Shown here piece after piece: positions 51,235 through 64,000 of a DNA stretch of 64,000 nt. Position 1 is the first letter of the stretch. Each line of letters begins with the position of its first letter. The notes under the pieces are model-generated. The model did not search any database. It saw only the letters and a program-made list of their open reading frames with translations, and was not told the origin of the DNA. Origin of the DNA: Mobula hypostoma. Taxonomy: Eukaryota. A program made the translations under genes and the position numbers. The DNA is taken from contig NC_086108.1 of assembly GCF_963921235.1 (NCBI RefSeq), positions 83,516,001 to 83,580,000 on the forward strand, in the 5' to 3' direction.

Positions 51235-52271
51235 CAAATCACTAAATATGTTTTATAGTTCAATTATCACGATGTGATGACTATATGTTAAACATCCAAT
51301 AGTATCAAGACTCAAAATGTACAGGCGTGTGCCTGCTGGGAGGTGGAGAACACAAGAAATGGGTTATACAAGCAACCACAATAAAAGTAATCAATCCCTC
51401 ACACTATCTGTAGCCTGTGAACACGAAATCTGCTTCGAACATCTCTTCACCATCACTCATCTAGGTGAGAAGACATTTCTGGTTCTATTTCCCCCAGGTA
51501 GTTTTTCCCAAAGACCACCTTCTGCAGCTTCCCGTCCCATTCTCTGATCAGTGTATTCACAACATGCACTGATCTACACCACATTCTGGTGAATTTTGAA
51601 GCTGTAACTATCATATTTCTTCAGTCTTCCCTCAATGCCTTGAAATAAGGAATCTTTCTCCAGCCTTCAAAACTTCACTTTGATATTGGAATGGTAAGAA
51701 CTGGGACCACAGAAAAAAATACTTTGTCTACTGCATTGTAAATTTTAAGTGAGATTTCCTGTTAATCAAACAGAATACAGAGCATTAACAACAATGGTGT
51801 ATAGAGGGATCTTGGGGTCCAACTCACTTTGCAGCAATATCAAACTTTGGTTAGGCTGCACTCGGTGTGCAATTCTGGCCATTAGAGGATGTGGAAGCTT
51901 TGGAAAGGGCATGGAAGGGGAGGCTGCCTGGATTAGAGGGGCTGAGCGATATAGAAAGTTGGATGAATTTGGGTTGTTTTCTCTGGAGTGAGAGAGACCA
52001 CAGGGAGACCAGATGAAAGTTTATAAAATTGTGGGAACAGTAGATAGGGTGAACCTTTCTCCCCCAGGGTAGAAATATCAAATACATCTTGGGGTACAAG
52101 TCGATACCCCTCCAGAGGACATGCACTTGATGTGAGAGGTAAAATGTTTAGGGGAGATGTAGGGAATAAGTTTTTTTTTGAGATGAGGGATAATGTATTT
52201 TTGAATTAAGATGAAATAACAGTCATTTGTAAAAAGAGTAAAGGGTGAATAAAAGTAAACTTTCCACAGGA

Positions 52272-52350
52272 CAGGGGTTTCAACCTGCGATCCACAGACC
52301 CTTTGCTTAATGGTATTGGTTCATGGCATAAAAAAGGTTGTGAACCCCTG
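52272..52350. mobile_element. ~80-bp hAT-type MITE
   Basis: TIRs caggggtttcaacc / ggttgtgaacccctg. Confidence 0.55.
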
Positions 52351-52547
52351 ACTTAAGTCCTCGAAACATAATCAAAAACTTTGATCAAGCCAAATTTTTC
52401 TTCAAAACAGGGTTGACTTACTTAGTAGATTATGACTAAAAATAACTTGTTCAATCAACAAATGCAAATTTCTTATGTGTAAAATAAGTTCTTTCTCAAA
52501 ACCTTCCTACTTTCACATTTTATTACTTTCAGTCCCCTGATCATCTA

Positions 52548-53308
52548 AGCAACACACACAAGATGCTGGAGGAACTCGGCAGGCCAGGCAGCATCTATGG
52601 GGAAAAAAAATACAGTCAACACTTCGGGCTGAAACCCTTCAGCACAACTGGAGAAAGAAAGTGAGGATTAGATTTAAAAGTTAGGGGGAGGGGAGAGAGA
52701 AACACTAAGCAATAGGTGAAACCTGGAGGGGGAGGGATGAAGTAAAGAGCTGGGAAGTTGATTGGTGAAAGAGACAGAAGGCCATGGAAGAAAGAAAGAG
52801 GGAGGAGCACCAGAAGGAGGCAATGGGTGGGCAAGAAGATAAGGTGAGGGAGGGAAAAGATATGGCAAATGGTGAGGGGGTGGGTGGGGGGGGGGTATTA
52901 CCAGAAGTTTGAGAAATCGATGTTCATGCTATCAGTTTGGAGGCTCCCCAAACAAAATAAGGTGGTCCTCCAATCTAAGTGTGGCCTCATCATGACAGTG
53001 CAGGAGGCCATGGATGGACATATTGGAATAGGAATGGGAAGTGGAATTAAAATGGGTGGCCAGGCGATCCCACTTGTTCTGGCAGATGGAGCGTAGATGC
53101 TCAGCAAAGCGGTCTCCCAATCTACATTGGGTCTCAATGATATACAGGAGGCCACATCAGGAGCACCAAACACAGTAAATGACCCCAACAAACTTGCAGG
53201 TGAAATGTCGCCTCACCTGGAAGGACTGTTTAGGACCCTGAATGGTACTGAGGGAGGATGTATAGGGCAGGTGTAGCAGTTGTTCCACTTGCAAGGATAA
53301 GCGCCATC
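52548..53308 (-). mobile_element. Penelope-like 3' fragment (GIY-YIG plus pseudo-LTR)
   Basis: GDRFAEHLRSIC motif; degenerate hammerhead near 52615-52650. Confidence 0.85.
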
Positions 53309-53435
53309 AGATTTCTTATTGCGCTGCTTGGCTAGGTTTATGTAAGTACATATTCCCAGTCTCTTTTTCTTGAAATAATTAACCACTTTCAGCTACCTTA
53401 CATCTGCATTTCATTGCATGTGTTTGAACACTTAC

Positions 53436-53523
53436 GTTTGTTTCCAGGTTCAAAGCCTACAACAACACCTCGGGCACCATTTACCATCCCTCGCTGTACG
53501 TCCAGGTTTTTGGTCAGCATCAC
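53436..53523 (-). CDS. PIF1: PIF1 coding exon
   Basis: VMLTKNLDVQRGMVNGARGVVVGFEPGNK; CAG acceptor, GTAAGT donor. Confidence 0.96.
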
Positions 53524-54089
53524 CTGCAAACAGAAGAGCCTGGTTAAGTGGATTCCTGCACTTAGCAGTTTTTACAGCTCAAAGTCGAATTATTATCAAA
53601 GTACATACAATACATGTTACCATATAATACTCTGAGATTCATTTCCTTACAGGCACACACAGGGAAAGAGAAATACAATAGAATTTTACAAAAAAAAATA
53701 TGCACAGACAAATACCTCTGTGCAAACAGAAGACAACGCATACAAATAAAAATAGTACTGAAAACACAAATTGTAAAAAAAGTTCTAAAGAGTCCTTGAA
53801 AGTGATCCTGTATGTCATAGCATTAGTTCAAAGTCGAGATGAATGAAGTTATTCAAGTCAATGTTTGGACACTGACATACAAAATCTTCCGGACATCACT
53901 GGCCATTTGCAGTTAAACAAATCTTCAACCGAGTAATTCTGTGCAGCATTGTGTTCACCACATAACATGTCAGTAATGCACATCTTCAGCGAAGACAAAC
54001 CAGGGATTCATTCTGTGCTTTGTAAAATGTACCATTTGCTCATCAGGTTTTGGTGAGAACCAGCTTGGGGAAGGCAAGTATCTGGTAAG

Positions 54090-57000
54090 CTTCTTGACTC
54101 TTCCTCTGTTTGTGCAGAGTTAGAGCAGTGAGGAGGACTCCAGAGGATGTGTTGTGTACTTTGTGTGCGATGTGCGAATTCTGGGGGACCTCCTGCCTGG
54201 CAGGTAACCATATCAGCAACAGGTGCACTGAGGTGCAGCTCCTCAGAGAATGTGTTGAGGAACTGGAGCTGCAGCTTGATGACCTTTGGTTCAATTGGGA
54301 AACTGAGGTGATAGATAGGGGCTACAGGGATTTAGTCACCCCCAAGTTGCAGGATGCAGGTACCTGGTGACCATCAGGAGAGGGAAGGGAAATTGGGCAG
54401 CCAGTGCAGAGTACACCTGTGGCTGCTCCCCTCAATAATAAGTACACCATTTTGGATACTGCTGGTGGGGGGAACCTACCAGGGGGGAGCCGCAGTGATG
54501 GGTCTCTGACACCGAGTCTGGCAGAGTGGCTCAGAAGAGGAGTGCAGTAGTGATAGAGGATTCCATAGTTCGAGGAGCAGCCGCAAGATTCAGTGGACGC
54601 GACACAGACACCTGGATGGTATGTTGCCTCCCAGGTGCTAGGATCAGGGACGTCGCCAATTAGACCCACAACATTCTAAAAAGGGGCGAGGATGAGCATC
54701 CAGAAGTTTTGATACCTATTGGCTTCAATGACATAGGTAGGAGCCCCCCAAGAGAATTTAGGGAGCTAGATAGAAAGCTAAAAGCAGGACCTCCAGGGTA
54801 GTAACCTCTGAATTGCTCCCTGTGTCACATGCCTGTGAGGGCAAGAATAGGACGATTTGGCAGATGAATGTGTGGCTGAAGAATTGGTGCAGAGGGCTGG
54901 GCTTTAGGCTTCTGAATCATTGGGATCTCTTCCGGGGAAGGTAATGACTTGTACAAAAGGGATGGATTATACCCAAACTCAAGGGGGACAAGTATCCCTC
55001 TGGGCAGGCTTGCAAGGACTGTTGGGGAAGGTTTAAGTTTATTTGGGGAGATGGAAAAGTGGGTGATAGGGCTGAGGATGGGCCAGTTACTATTCAAGCA
55101 GAGGCAGAGTGTAGTGAGACTGTCAGGAAGGACAGACAGACAAATAGGGCAAAATGGGATGAGTTGCAGTGTAACAGGGGGACAAAATCAAAGAAGGTGA
55201 TGAATAAAGGACTGAAGGTGTTATATTTGAATGCAAACAGTGTACAGAGTAAGGTAGGTGATCTAGTAGCACAGTTAGAGTTCGGCAGTATGACATTGCA
55301 GGCATCACAGATGTGGCTGAAAGAAAATTATAGTTTAGAGTTTAACATCCAAGGATACACATTGTATGGAAAGGACAGGTAGGAGGCAAATGGGTGGCGT
55401 GACTCTTGGTAAAAAATGAAATCAAATCCATGGAAAGAGGTGACATAGGATTGGAAGATGTAGAATCCTTGTGTACAGGGTTCAGAAACTGCAAGGGTAA
55501 AAAGACCCTGATGGGAGTTATATACAGGCCTCTGAACAGTAGCCAGGATGTGGCTACAAATTACAATAGGCAATAGAAAAGACATGTCAAAAGGACAATC
55601 TTATCATAGTCATGGGGAATTTCAAAATGCAGCTAGATTGAGAAAATTAGGTCGGTGCTGGATCCTGAGAGAGAATTTATAGAATGCTTACAAGATGGCT
55701 TTTGAGAGCAGCTCATGATTGAGCACACTAGAGGATCAGCTATTCTGGATTGGGTGGTATGTAATGAACCAGATTTGATTAGTGAGTAACACACACATCT
55801 GCAGCATCCTCCAGTATCTGCAGATTTTCTTTTGCTTTTTTGATTAGTGAGAAACCCTGAGGAGACAGTGTCCAAAATATGATGGAATTCACCCTGCAAT
55901 TTGTGAGGGAGAAGCTAAAGTCAAATGTATTAGTATTACAGAGGCATGAGAGAGGAGTTGACCAAAGCTGATTGAAAGGGAAGTCTAGCAAGGATGACGA
56001 CAAAGCAGCAATGACCGGAGTTTCTAGGGGCAATTCAGAAGGCGCAGGATAGATACGTCCCAAAGTAGTATTCTGAAGGTGGGATGATGCAATTGTGGTT
56101 AACAACATAACAGAAAAAGGGAATTCAAAGACAGTATTAAAACAAAAGAGGACTATAGCAAAAGAGGACTATAGCAAAAACTAGTGGGAAGCTAGAGGAT
56201 TGGGAAGCTTTTAAAAGCAACAGAAGGCAAATAAAAAAAGCAATAAGAATAAGGAGAGAAAAGATTAAATTATGAAGGTAAGCTAGACAATAAAATAAAA
56301 GGATACAAAATGTTTTTTTTTAATAAAAGAGTTGGGAAAAAGAGACAAGAGTGGTTTACGGACCACTGGAGAAATAGTAACAAGAGACAAAGAAATGGCA
56401 GGTGAATACAAGTAATTTGCATTAGTCTTCACTGTGAAAGGCACTTAGCAGTACTCCAGAAATTTGAGTGTCAGGGGGCAGATTTGAGTATAGTTGGTAT
56501 TAATAAGGAGAAGGGGCTTGGGAAGCTGAAAGGTCTTATGTGTAGGCAAGTCAGCTGGACCAGAATGACTACATTGCAGGGTTCTGAATGAAGTAGCTGA
56601 AGAGCGAGTAATGATCTTTCAAGAATCACTACATTTTGGCATGGTCTCAGAGGACTGAAAAATTGCAAATGTCACTCTTTAGAAGAGTGAAGCCGAAGAA
56701 AGGAAATTATAGGTCACATACTTAAGGGGTTGGGAAGAAGTTAGAGTCCATTGTTAAGGATATTGTTTGGGGATACTTGGAGGCGCATGATAAAATATGC
56801 TAAAGTCAGCATGGCTTTCTTAAGGAGAAATCATACCTGACATATCTGTTGGAATTCTTTAAGGAAGTAACCAGCAGGATAGACAAAAGAGAATTGGAGG
56901 ATTTTGTGCACTTGGATTGTCAGAAGACCTTTGACAAAGTGCCATACATGGGGCCACTTAGCAAGACAAGAGCCCCTGGTATTACAGAACAGATACTAGC

Positions 57001-57915
57001 ATGGATAAAGTCTTACCTGATTGGCAGGAGGCAAAGGGTGGGAGTAAAGGAAGCCTTTTCAGATTGGCTGCCGGTGACTAGTGGTGTTCCACAGGGATTG
57101 GTGTTGGGACTGCTTCTTTTTATATTGTACATCAGTGATTTGGATGATGGAATTGATGGCTTTGTGGCCAAGTTTGCAGATGATACGAAGATAGGTGGAG
57201 GGGCAGTTAGTTCTGAGGAAGCAGGGAGTCTGCAGAAGGACTTGAGAATGAGCAAAGAAATGACAGATGGAATACTGAATCGGGAAGTGTACAGTCATGC
57301 ACTTTGGTAGAAGGAATAAAAGCAGAGCATTTTGTTTTTAAATGGGGAGGAAAAGCAGAAAAATCTGAGGTGCAAAGGCACTTGAGAGTCCTCATGCAGG
57401 ATTCCCCAAAGGTTAATTTGCAGGTGGAGTCTGTGGTGAGAAAGGGAAATGTGATGTTAGCATTCATTTCAGGAGGACTAGAATATACAAGGATGTAATG
57501 TTGAGACTTTATAAGGACTGTTTGATGGCTCTGGGCCTATACTCGCTGCAATTTAGAAGAATGGGGGTGGGAGGAAATCACATTAAAACATCTCGAATGT
57601 TGAAAGTGGTTGTGCAGAGGATATTTCCTATAGTGGAGAAGACTGAGACCAGAGGGCACCACCTCAGAATAGAGGGACATCTACTTAGAGAGGACAGGAG
57701 GAATTTCTTTAGGCAGAGGATGCTGAGTCTATAAAATCAATTGCCACAAGAGACTGAAGACCTAGTCATTGGGTGTATTTAAGCATAGATTTATATGTCC
57801 TTGATTGATCGGGCGTGAAAGGTTGAGAGGAAAATGAATCGGCCATGATGAAATAGTGGAGCAGACTCGGTGGGGTGAATGGCCCAATTCTGCTCTTACA
57901 TCTTATGGTCTTATT
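54090..57915 (+). mobile_element. Near full-length decayed CR1 LINE (ORF1 and ORF2)
   Basis: ORF1: CTLCAM Cys motif, coiled coil VEELELQLDDL, VVI(E)DSIVR esterase-like block; ORF2: VLYLNANS endonuclease start, GVPQGLVLG, KFADDTK; CR1 tail. Confidence 0.9.
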
Positions 57916-59019
57916 TTCCTTCACATGTTCCCCTTGCATTCAATGCACCAATGGTAGAGACATCCAGGAATACAAAGTGCAGTGTCCTTGGACACTAGTT
58001 CCATGTGTGGTTTGCAGGTGGCCTCCATAGCACGCAAAACATGCTATGTCATAAGTTAACTGAGAAACACATGTGGAGTTCTGGCGTGAGATACCCATCT
58101 TGGGTCATTGGTCAGTCTGTTAAGTATTCAACCCCTCATAATGGCTCACCCTCAGAGCATTTCCCATCCAATCTTAATACCCATTTCCAATCTAATCACA
58201 ACCCCACAATGCAACAGTAACAATCTGCTGGAGGAGCTCAATGAGTCTCTAGGGGAAATGAGTTGTCAAAACTTTGAGTCAAACACTGCAGCAGGACTGA
58301 AACCCCTATACATTTCCCAGCAGCTGATAGTGATACCGTCAAGATTTGGCCATATCATATGAAGTGTTAATCTCTGCTGCTTGGAACTGATGCCCTGAGG
58401 CCAACCATCACCACTGTGACCAAGGTTACCCATTTTCCTTTGGGTACTTGACAAATGCTGGAAAACCATACTTTGCATGCTCAGTTTACCAACAGCACAA
58501 TAACTCACCACAGAAGGTTGCCACAGTAGGTACAGAAAGGAGCATTCATTCAAATTCTGCTACCTGCCTCCAATTTCACACACATTATCCGACCAACTTC
58601 TAAGACTGGAGTTAAAGTCTCCCAGCCGGTAGAAGATACAAATGCTGGAAAATATGCACCTGATATAAGGCTCAAGGACAGCTTTTATATTAATATTGAA
58701 TGGCTCCAATGGCAAGGTGGACCCTTGATCTCAATCTACCTCATTGTGACCTTGCACTTATTGTCTACCTGCACTGCATTTTCTCTGTAGTTGTCACACT
58801 TGTCAGTATTCTGCTTTTGTTTTACCTTGTACTACCCCATTGCACTATTGTGAGGAATACATGGTTAGTTTGCAAGACAAGTTTTTCCACTGTACCTCAG
58901 TATGTGAGATAGTAAGCCAATGGGTCTAGCATCAACATGAAACAATAAGAGGGGAAACAAAAATGATAAAATGCTCGACTACAAAAACTAACCAGATCCA
59001 GTTCAGAAACACTACTAAC

Positions 59020-59126
59020 CTGAGCCCCTTTCTTCAACTGCAACTTTTGACCTGCAGGGCATTGTGCATTTAACATTTCTACCATCATGGGATCACTGTC
59101 AACAGCCTCAAATGTGAGCATCTCCC
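59020..59126 (-). CDS. PIF1: PIF1 coding exon
   Basis: EMLTFEAVDSDPMMVEMLNAQCPAGQKLQLKKGAQ; CAG acceptor, GTTAGT donor. Confidence 0.95.
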
Positions 59127-61871
59127 CTGTAACATAGAGATATGGATGAGCAGGAAAACAACTGTATAAAATAGATTTTTCCAGAGCAACTCAGCTTGAG
59201 CTTATTTCAACTTAAATGCTAGGAAGCAAGAAAAAGGACAACAGAAAACAAAAGAGCTCCAGCACACTGTAGAACGTAACAACAAGATATCAAAATCCTG
59301 ATCTGATGACATCTGAAGTACTGTGAACAGTTCCACTTGTTACAAAGGATGTATTAGCTGAAAGAGGAATGCACCAAAGTATAACAGAAAAATACATTTT
59401 CCTAAATGTTAAATTACCTGGAAGAATTCTATAAAATTGGGGTAAATCTCTGGAATTAAACAGTTCGTAACAGGTACTTTGCATTCCCAATTTTAGGGCA
59501 AGAAAGATCACTGAAGGCAAGGAGAACATCCAAAAACATGGACCAATGTCATGGGTAGAACAGGTACCTGAAAACAGCCAGGCAAAGATGCAAAAGAAAA
59601 AAAAAATGCTCTCCTAAAGTAGCAACCATTGTTGTGCCTGAACAGAACTGAAACCAACATTCTCAGAGCCAATAAGGCAAATTGTACGTTAGCTTTTATT
59701 ACAAGAGGATTTAAATAAAGAAATCTTACCGCAATTATGCAGTGCCTTGAGAGCACATTCCTTACTAAGAAATTCGCCTTTGTGGGAGTGCAGCAAAGAT
59801 TCACCAGATAGTTTGTAAGGATTGGAGGGGTATTTTACTCCAGTAATTGAGCACACCTATCATGTGTTCTCTAGAGCTGAGAGGAGATTTTGCAGGGCTT
59901 GATGGGCTTGGACGCAGGAACAATGTTATCCCCGACTAAGGATCTCACTCTTATTCTGAGAGTGGAAATTCTTCTCTGCCCCAGTGGGCTGTGGTGGCTC
60001 ATTTGTTCAAATCAGTGTCAGTGGATTTCTGGAGATTAGAGGGAATCAAATGAAAAGAGGCCAGTTTAAGAAGTTTTTAAAGCCTTGTTTGAAGAACAAG
60101 CATGGCTTTGAACACAAGTCAGGGAAATGGTTGCTGAAGGATCTGTTTCTGTGCTATATGCTTCAGCATAAATGCTTTTTTGAATGATGCAGCATAGTTA
60201 CAAGTGTCTGAAGGAGGTCCTTCTGTGATATTTTTCCAGATTTCCAAGACTAGGCTGTGCCTTCACCTATCTCAACCCCTTCTCCCTCTCTAAACTAATG
60301 CACTTCTGTAGAAGATTAAAATGTTCTTTAAGATCTCCAGCTTGACCAAGCTGTTGGTAATCTGTTAGAATATATCCTGTTACACATTGTTATTGATTGT
60401 TTCCTGAACCCTCTTTAAATATCTAGGAACATTTCACTGTCCAAAAAAAAAGTTTCAAGTGCAAATTAGTGTTGTACAGTATTAGCCTTTTCTAGGCTAA
60501 TACTGAAATGGTGCGAAATTCTGCTATCAGACTGTTTCATTAACAAGCCAATGCAGCTAGATTGGTTCAGCTGGAAATACGTTTACAGGAAACTTCTGCA
60601 CAAATTGGGAAATTTGACAAGCACTTGATCATGTGAATCATCTTTGTGTCCTGACTCGATTTCCATACCAGGGCCACACGAGATGATATCATTCCCCATA
60701 CATTACTTCTTTCTGAAGATGACAAGACAACTTAATTCAGTTTGTCTCAGAGCAGCATCTTTACACACTCTTGGAACAAAGGGTTTTAATATCAAAAACC
60801 TTGATGAGGACTCCCGACAACAGGTCAACAACTAACCTAACATCCTGTAGTTCCCATACTTCCTGAACCACTCCTCACCCTCTCACACCACTGACTCTAC
60901 CCAGCAAGCTCCAGTCTCCTGCCAGACTCCCCTAGGGTCCCCTAGCCCCAGTTCTCCTTCCCTCAGTACCCTTACTCCACCATCTAAATTTATAAAATTG
61001 ATTCCACTACCCCACCATCAGCCTTTCAGTCTCTGTTCCCAATCCTTCTCACCACAACCAACTTCCTTTCCATTACCATTCATTTTACCAACCCCACCGT
61101 CATTCAAACTACAGCCCTGAATCCAAGGAGAAAGATTGCTTTTATTTGTTGCATGTACATTGAAACAATGAAATCAAATCAGCAAGGATTGTGCTTGAGA
61201 TGCCTGCAAGAATCGTTACACCTATGGTACTAACGTAGCATGCCCACAACCTACCATCCCTAATTTTTACATCTTTGAAATGTGGGAGGAAACCGGAGCA
61301 CCCAGAAGAAGGTCACAGGGAAAACACACAAACTCTTCAGACAGCAGCAGGAGTCGAACCCCGATATTACAGCTGGTACTGTAATACTATTACCATGACC
61401 TCTACGCTAACAAGCCACTAGCCGTACTGAATCTATCCCATCTCAATTCTCAGTGCAGGAGTCAACTGTAGCCTTCCAGTACACCAACTTCCATGTTCTT
61501 GTGTATGAAGTTTCTGAATAGAAAGCAGGTTACACAACAACTTCAGTCTGATGATTACACGGAGGCAAATTCCACCCAGACTAGAGAATCAGCAGAGAAT
61601 TGTTCTTATCCATGTGTTATGTATTTATACAAAGACATGAATGCATTTACACCTCAATTTACCTTGCATTTTGCTGAAAAAAAGTGGACAGCATATATAC
61701 CAAATTCAAATCAATCTGAAACACTCAAATTCACCTGAGTATTGTAAAAACTCCCTCAGAAGAAATCACACTGTTGATCATCTCCTAGATTCTATTGACA
61801 AGTTGGTTTCTATTAATACCACCTCTATAAAGGCAAGGATTAGGAAGGAGTGGAAATTTAATACTCTAGTA

Positions 61872-62757
61872 CAGCCGTCCCCAACCACCGGGCCGCAAGT
61901 CATGCGCTACCGGGCCGTGTGGAAACGATACGAGTCAGCTGCACCTTTCCTCATTCCCTGTCACGCACTGTTGAACTTGAACATAGGGTTGCCAACTGTC
62001 CCATATTTGCCGAGACATCCCATATATTGGACTAAATTGGTTTGTCCCGTACGGGACCGTCCTTGTTCCGTATTTCCCCCGCTAAGGTAGAGCGTTTCTA
62101 TGAAACCTTCCTCGCCAAAATGGCATAAAGCGAAGAAGCAATTACCATTAACTTATATGGGAAAAATTTTTGAGTGTTCCCAGACCCAAAAAATAACCTA
62201 CCAAATAACACATAACACCTAAAATAAGTCTAACATAAAGTAAAAGCAGGAATGATATGATAAATACACAGCCTATATAAAGTAGAAGTAATGTATGTAC
62301 AGTGTAATTGGGAAGATTAAGCCAAAACCAATATGTGGGAAAGAAATAAAAAACGGCACGTACACGCATGCACACGCCACATATGTGCACGTCACGCATG
62401 CACGGTGCCTGCGCAAGGCTTCATGGTCATGGTAGTTTTTCTCGGGGTAAACACAAGTGTCCCGTCAACACACACAAAAAATGCTGGTGGAATGCAGCAG
62501 GCCAGGCAGCATCTATAGGAAGAAGTACAGTCGACGTTTCGGGCCGGGACCCTTCGTCAGGATTTGACTGCTACTTTTGTCCCTTATTTGGGAGTGAGAA
62601 AGTTGGCAACCCTAACTGTAAAAGACATCATGTTGTTGAGGTGAGTTTAACCCTACTTGAACACCATCCACCGCCCCCCCCCCCGCCGTCAGCTGGTCCG
62701 CAAAAATATTGTCAATATTAAACCGGTCCGCGGTGCAAAAAAGGTTGGGGACCCCTG
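61872..62757. mobile_element. Non-autonomous hAT-type DNA element (copy 2)
   Basis: TIRs cagccgtccccaacc / ggttggggacccctg; 8-bp TSD ctctagta (61864-61871 / 62758-62765). Confidence 0.88.
62529..62564 (-). ncRNA. Minimal hammerhead motif in a ~95-bp PLE fragment nested in the hAT element
   Basis: Minus: aatc-CTGACGA-a-gggt-cccg-gccc-GAAAC-GTC-gact; this segment is absent from the sister copy at ~3310. Confidence 0.7.
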
Positions 62758-63628
62758 CTCTAGTATTCCTTGATGACAACACTTAAACGATTATTTCATT
62801 CTCTTTTACCCTTGCATTTAGGAAATGACTAAACAACCTTGAATCTTGCATCTAAAACTGCAAACTACTACCATGTCATACGACCAAGCAAATCACATTT
62901 AATTTTGGGGCTTCACAGTTGTGTAGCACCTATCTCAATGCTATTACAGCTCAAGGGCATCAGAATTCAGAGTTCAATTTCACCACTGTCTGTTATGAGT
63001 TTGTACGTTCTCTCTATGGCCTCGTAGGTTTCCTCTGGGTTTCCTTCCACGGTCCAAAGACATAATGGCTAATAGGTTAATTGGATTCTGCCTGAAAACA
63101 TTCCATCCTTCATGAAGGAAAACAAACTGGAAGCTGCACTCTGAAAGCAATTGATTTTTAACACGGATTTTCCATAGCCTCAGTTTAAGAATTTTTATAG
63201 TCATGGATTATGTGCTGATTCAGATTTTTACAATGACTCCTTTAATATGACCACAAGAACAATAAACTTCACAAAGCACAACAGTCTTGCATCATATTGT
63301 GCAATAACAGCTCAGTCCACAGAACAACACACAAGAATTAAGGGATTAGAAGTTCTTTCATCTTCTCTGTAGTTGGCTCCCAGATCATAAAAGGACCCAC
63401 ATTAGAGATTTTCTGAATAAGTCAACTAGATTCAAATTCAAACTTACTGTTCCATAAATGGAAAATTACTGGATTTAGTCAAAAAGGAATTGTTTAAAAA
63501 ATAACAAGATGTATAATCTGGGTGGAACAGTTGATTGCCACTAAAGTTTTGAATATACTTATTGGACATTCATGAGAGACTTGTACTTGAACAATCATAG
63601 AAATCTACCCTGGACCTTCACTTTTTAC

Positions 63629-63768
63629 CTGGTAACTGCTGGAGCCTTTTCTCATTGGTGAATTCCACATCATCTTTATGCGTGCAAAGCCGTGTAGCTA
63701 GAATTCCATCTCGATCTATCTTCTGGATGGCAGTCTTGATCAGTTGGGTTGCAACTTCATCTGGACAT
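63629..63768 (-). CDS. PIF1: PIF1 coding exon (upstream exons lie beyond right edge)
   Basis: CPDEVATQLIKTAIQKIDRDGILATRLCTHKDDVEFTNEKRLQQLP; CAG acceptor, GTAAAA donor. Confidence 0.95.
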
Positions 63769-63879
63769 CTGATCAAAAAGGATTGGAAATTAATGGTGTT
63801 TGTATATAAAAAAAAACACCAACAACAGATTAGTCTCCACGAAATAATCGATTGCATAGTTACTCACTCCCTTCCAGTT

Positions 63880-64000
63880 AGTGTTTAGTAATTGCACATT
63901 TGGCAGCAATTACAGCCTTGAGTCTGTGTAGGTAGGCCTCTATCAGCTTTGCACACCTGGACACTGCAATTTTCCTCCATTCTTCTTTATAAAACTGCTC
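63880..64000. mobile_element. Tc1-like fragment (runs off right edge)
   Basis: tttggcagcaattacagccttgagtctg...tctatcagctttgcacacctggacactgcaatttt resembles Tc1 subterminal sequence. Confidence 0.5.

Noticed and set aside
56143..56178. Short tandem duplications (aaaagaggactatagc x2; also ttggactctctccaa x2 near 40911)
   Set aside because: Local slippage events inside decayed CR1 copies.
60477..60505. 12-bp perfect hairpin cagtattagcct-tttct-aggctaatactg
   Set aside because: Short and single copy, with no supporting context.

Overview
Vertebrate genomic DNA, most likely a cartilaginous fish (ray or shark). This is inferred from the mix of CR1, Penelope and V-SINE-type repeats and is not proven. 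Two DNA-repair helicase genes lie in tandem on the minus strand. PIF1 contributes its last six coding exons (63768 to stop at 40011). RAD54L follows with a CpG-rich promoter (~22.3-22.5 kb) and its first 11 coding exons (ATG at 21331, running off the left edge after 2270). All exons were read with GT-AG boundaries and consistent phase. Most of the remaining sequence is transposon-derived: CR1 LINEs, Rex/Babar-like LINEs, SINEs, hAT, Tc1/pogo and Harbinger DNA elements, and a complete but decayed Gypsy LTR element carrying three nested insertions. The most striking signal is a family of Penelope-like-element (PLE) derivatives that carry a minimal type I hammerhead ribozyme (agtc-CTGAYGA-agggtctcggccc-GAAAC-GTC-gact). 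Several are tiny non-coding units (52-560 bp) flanked by target-site duplications (TSDs) and partly palindromic. One is a back-to-back double hammerhead, and one sits in sense orientation just upstream of a PIF1 splice acceptor. A near-perfect 133-bp inverted duplication lies at 31335-31610. Repeat boundaries without a stated TSD are approximate, and no database searches were run.
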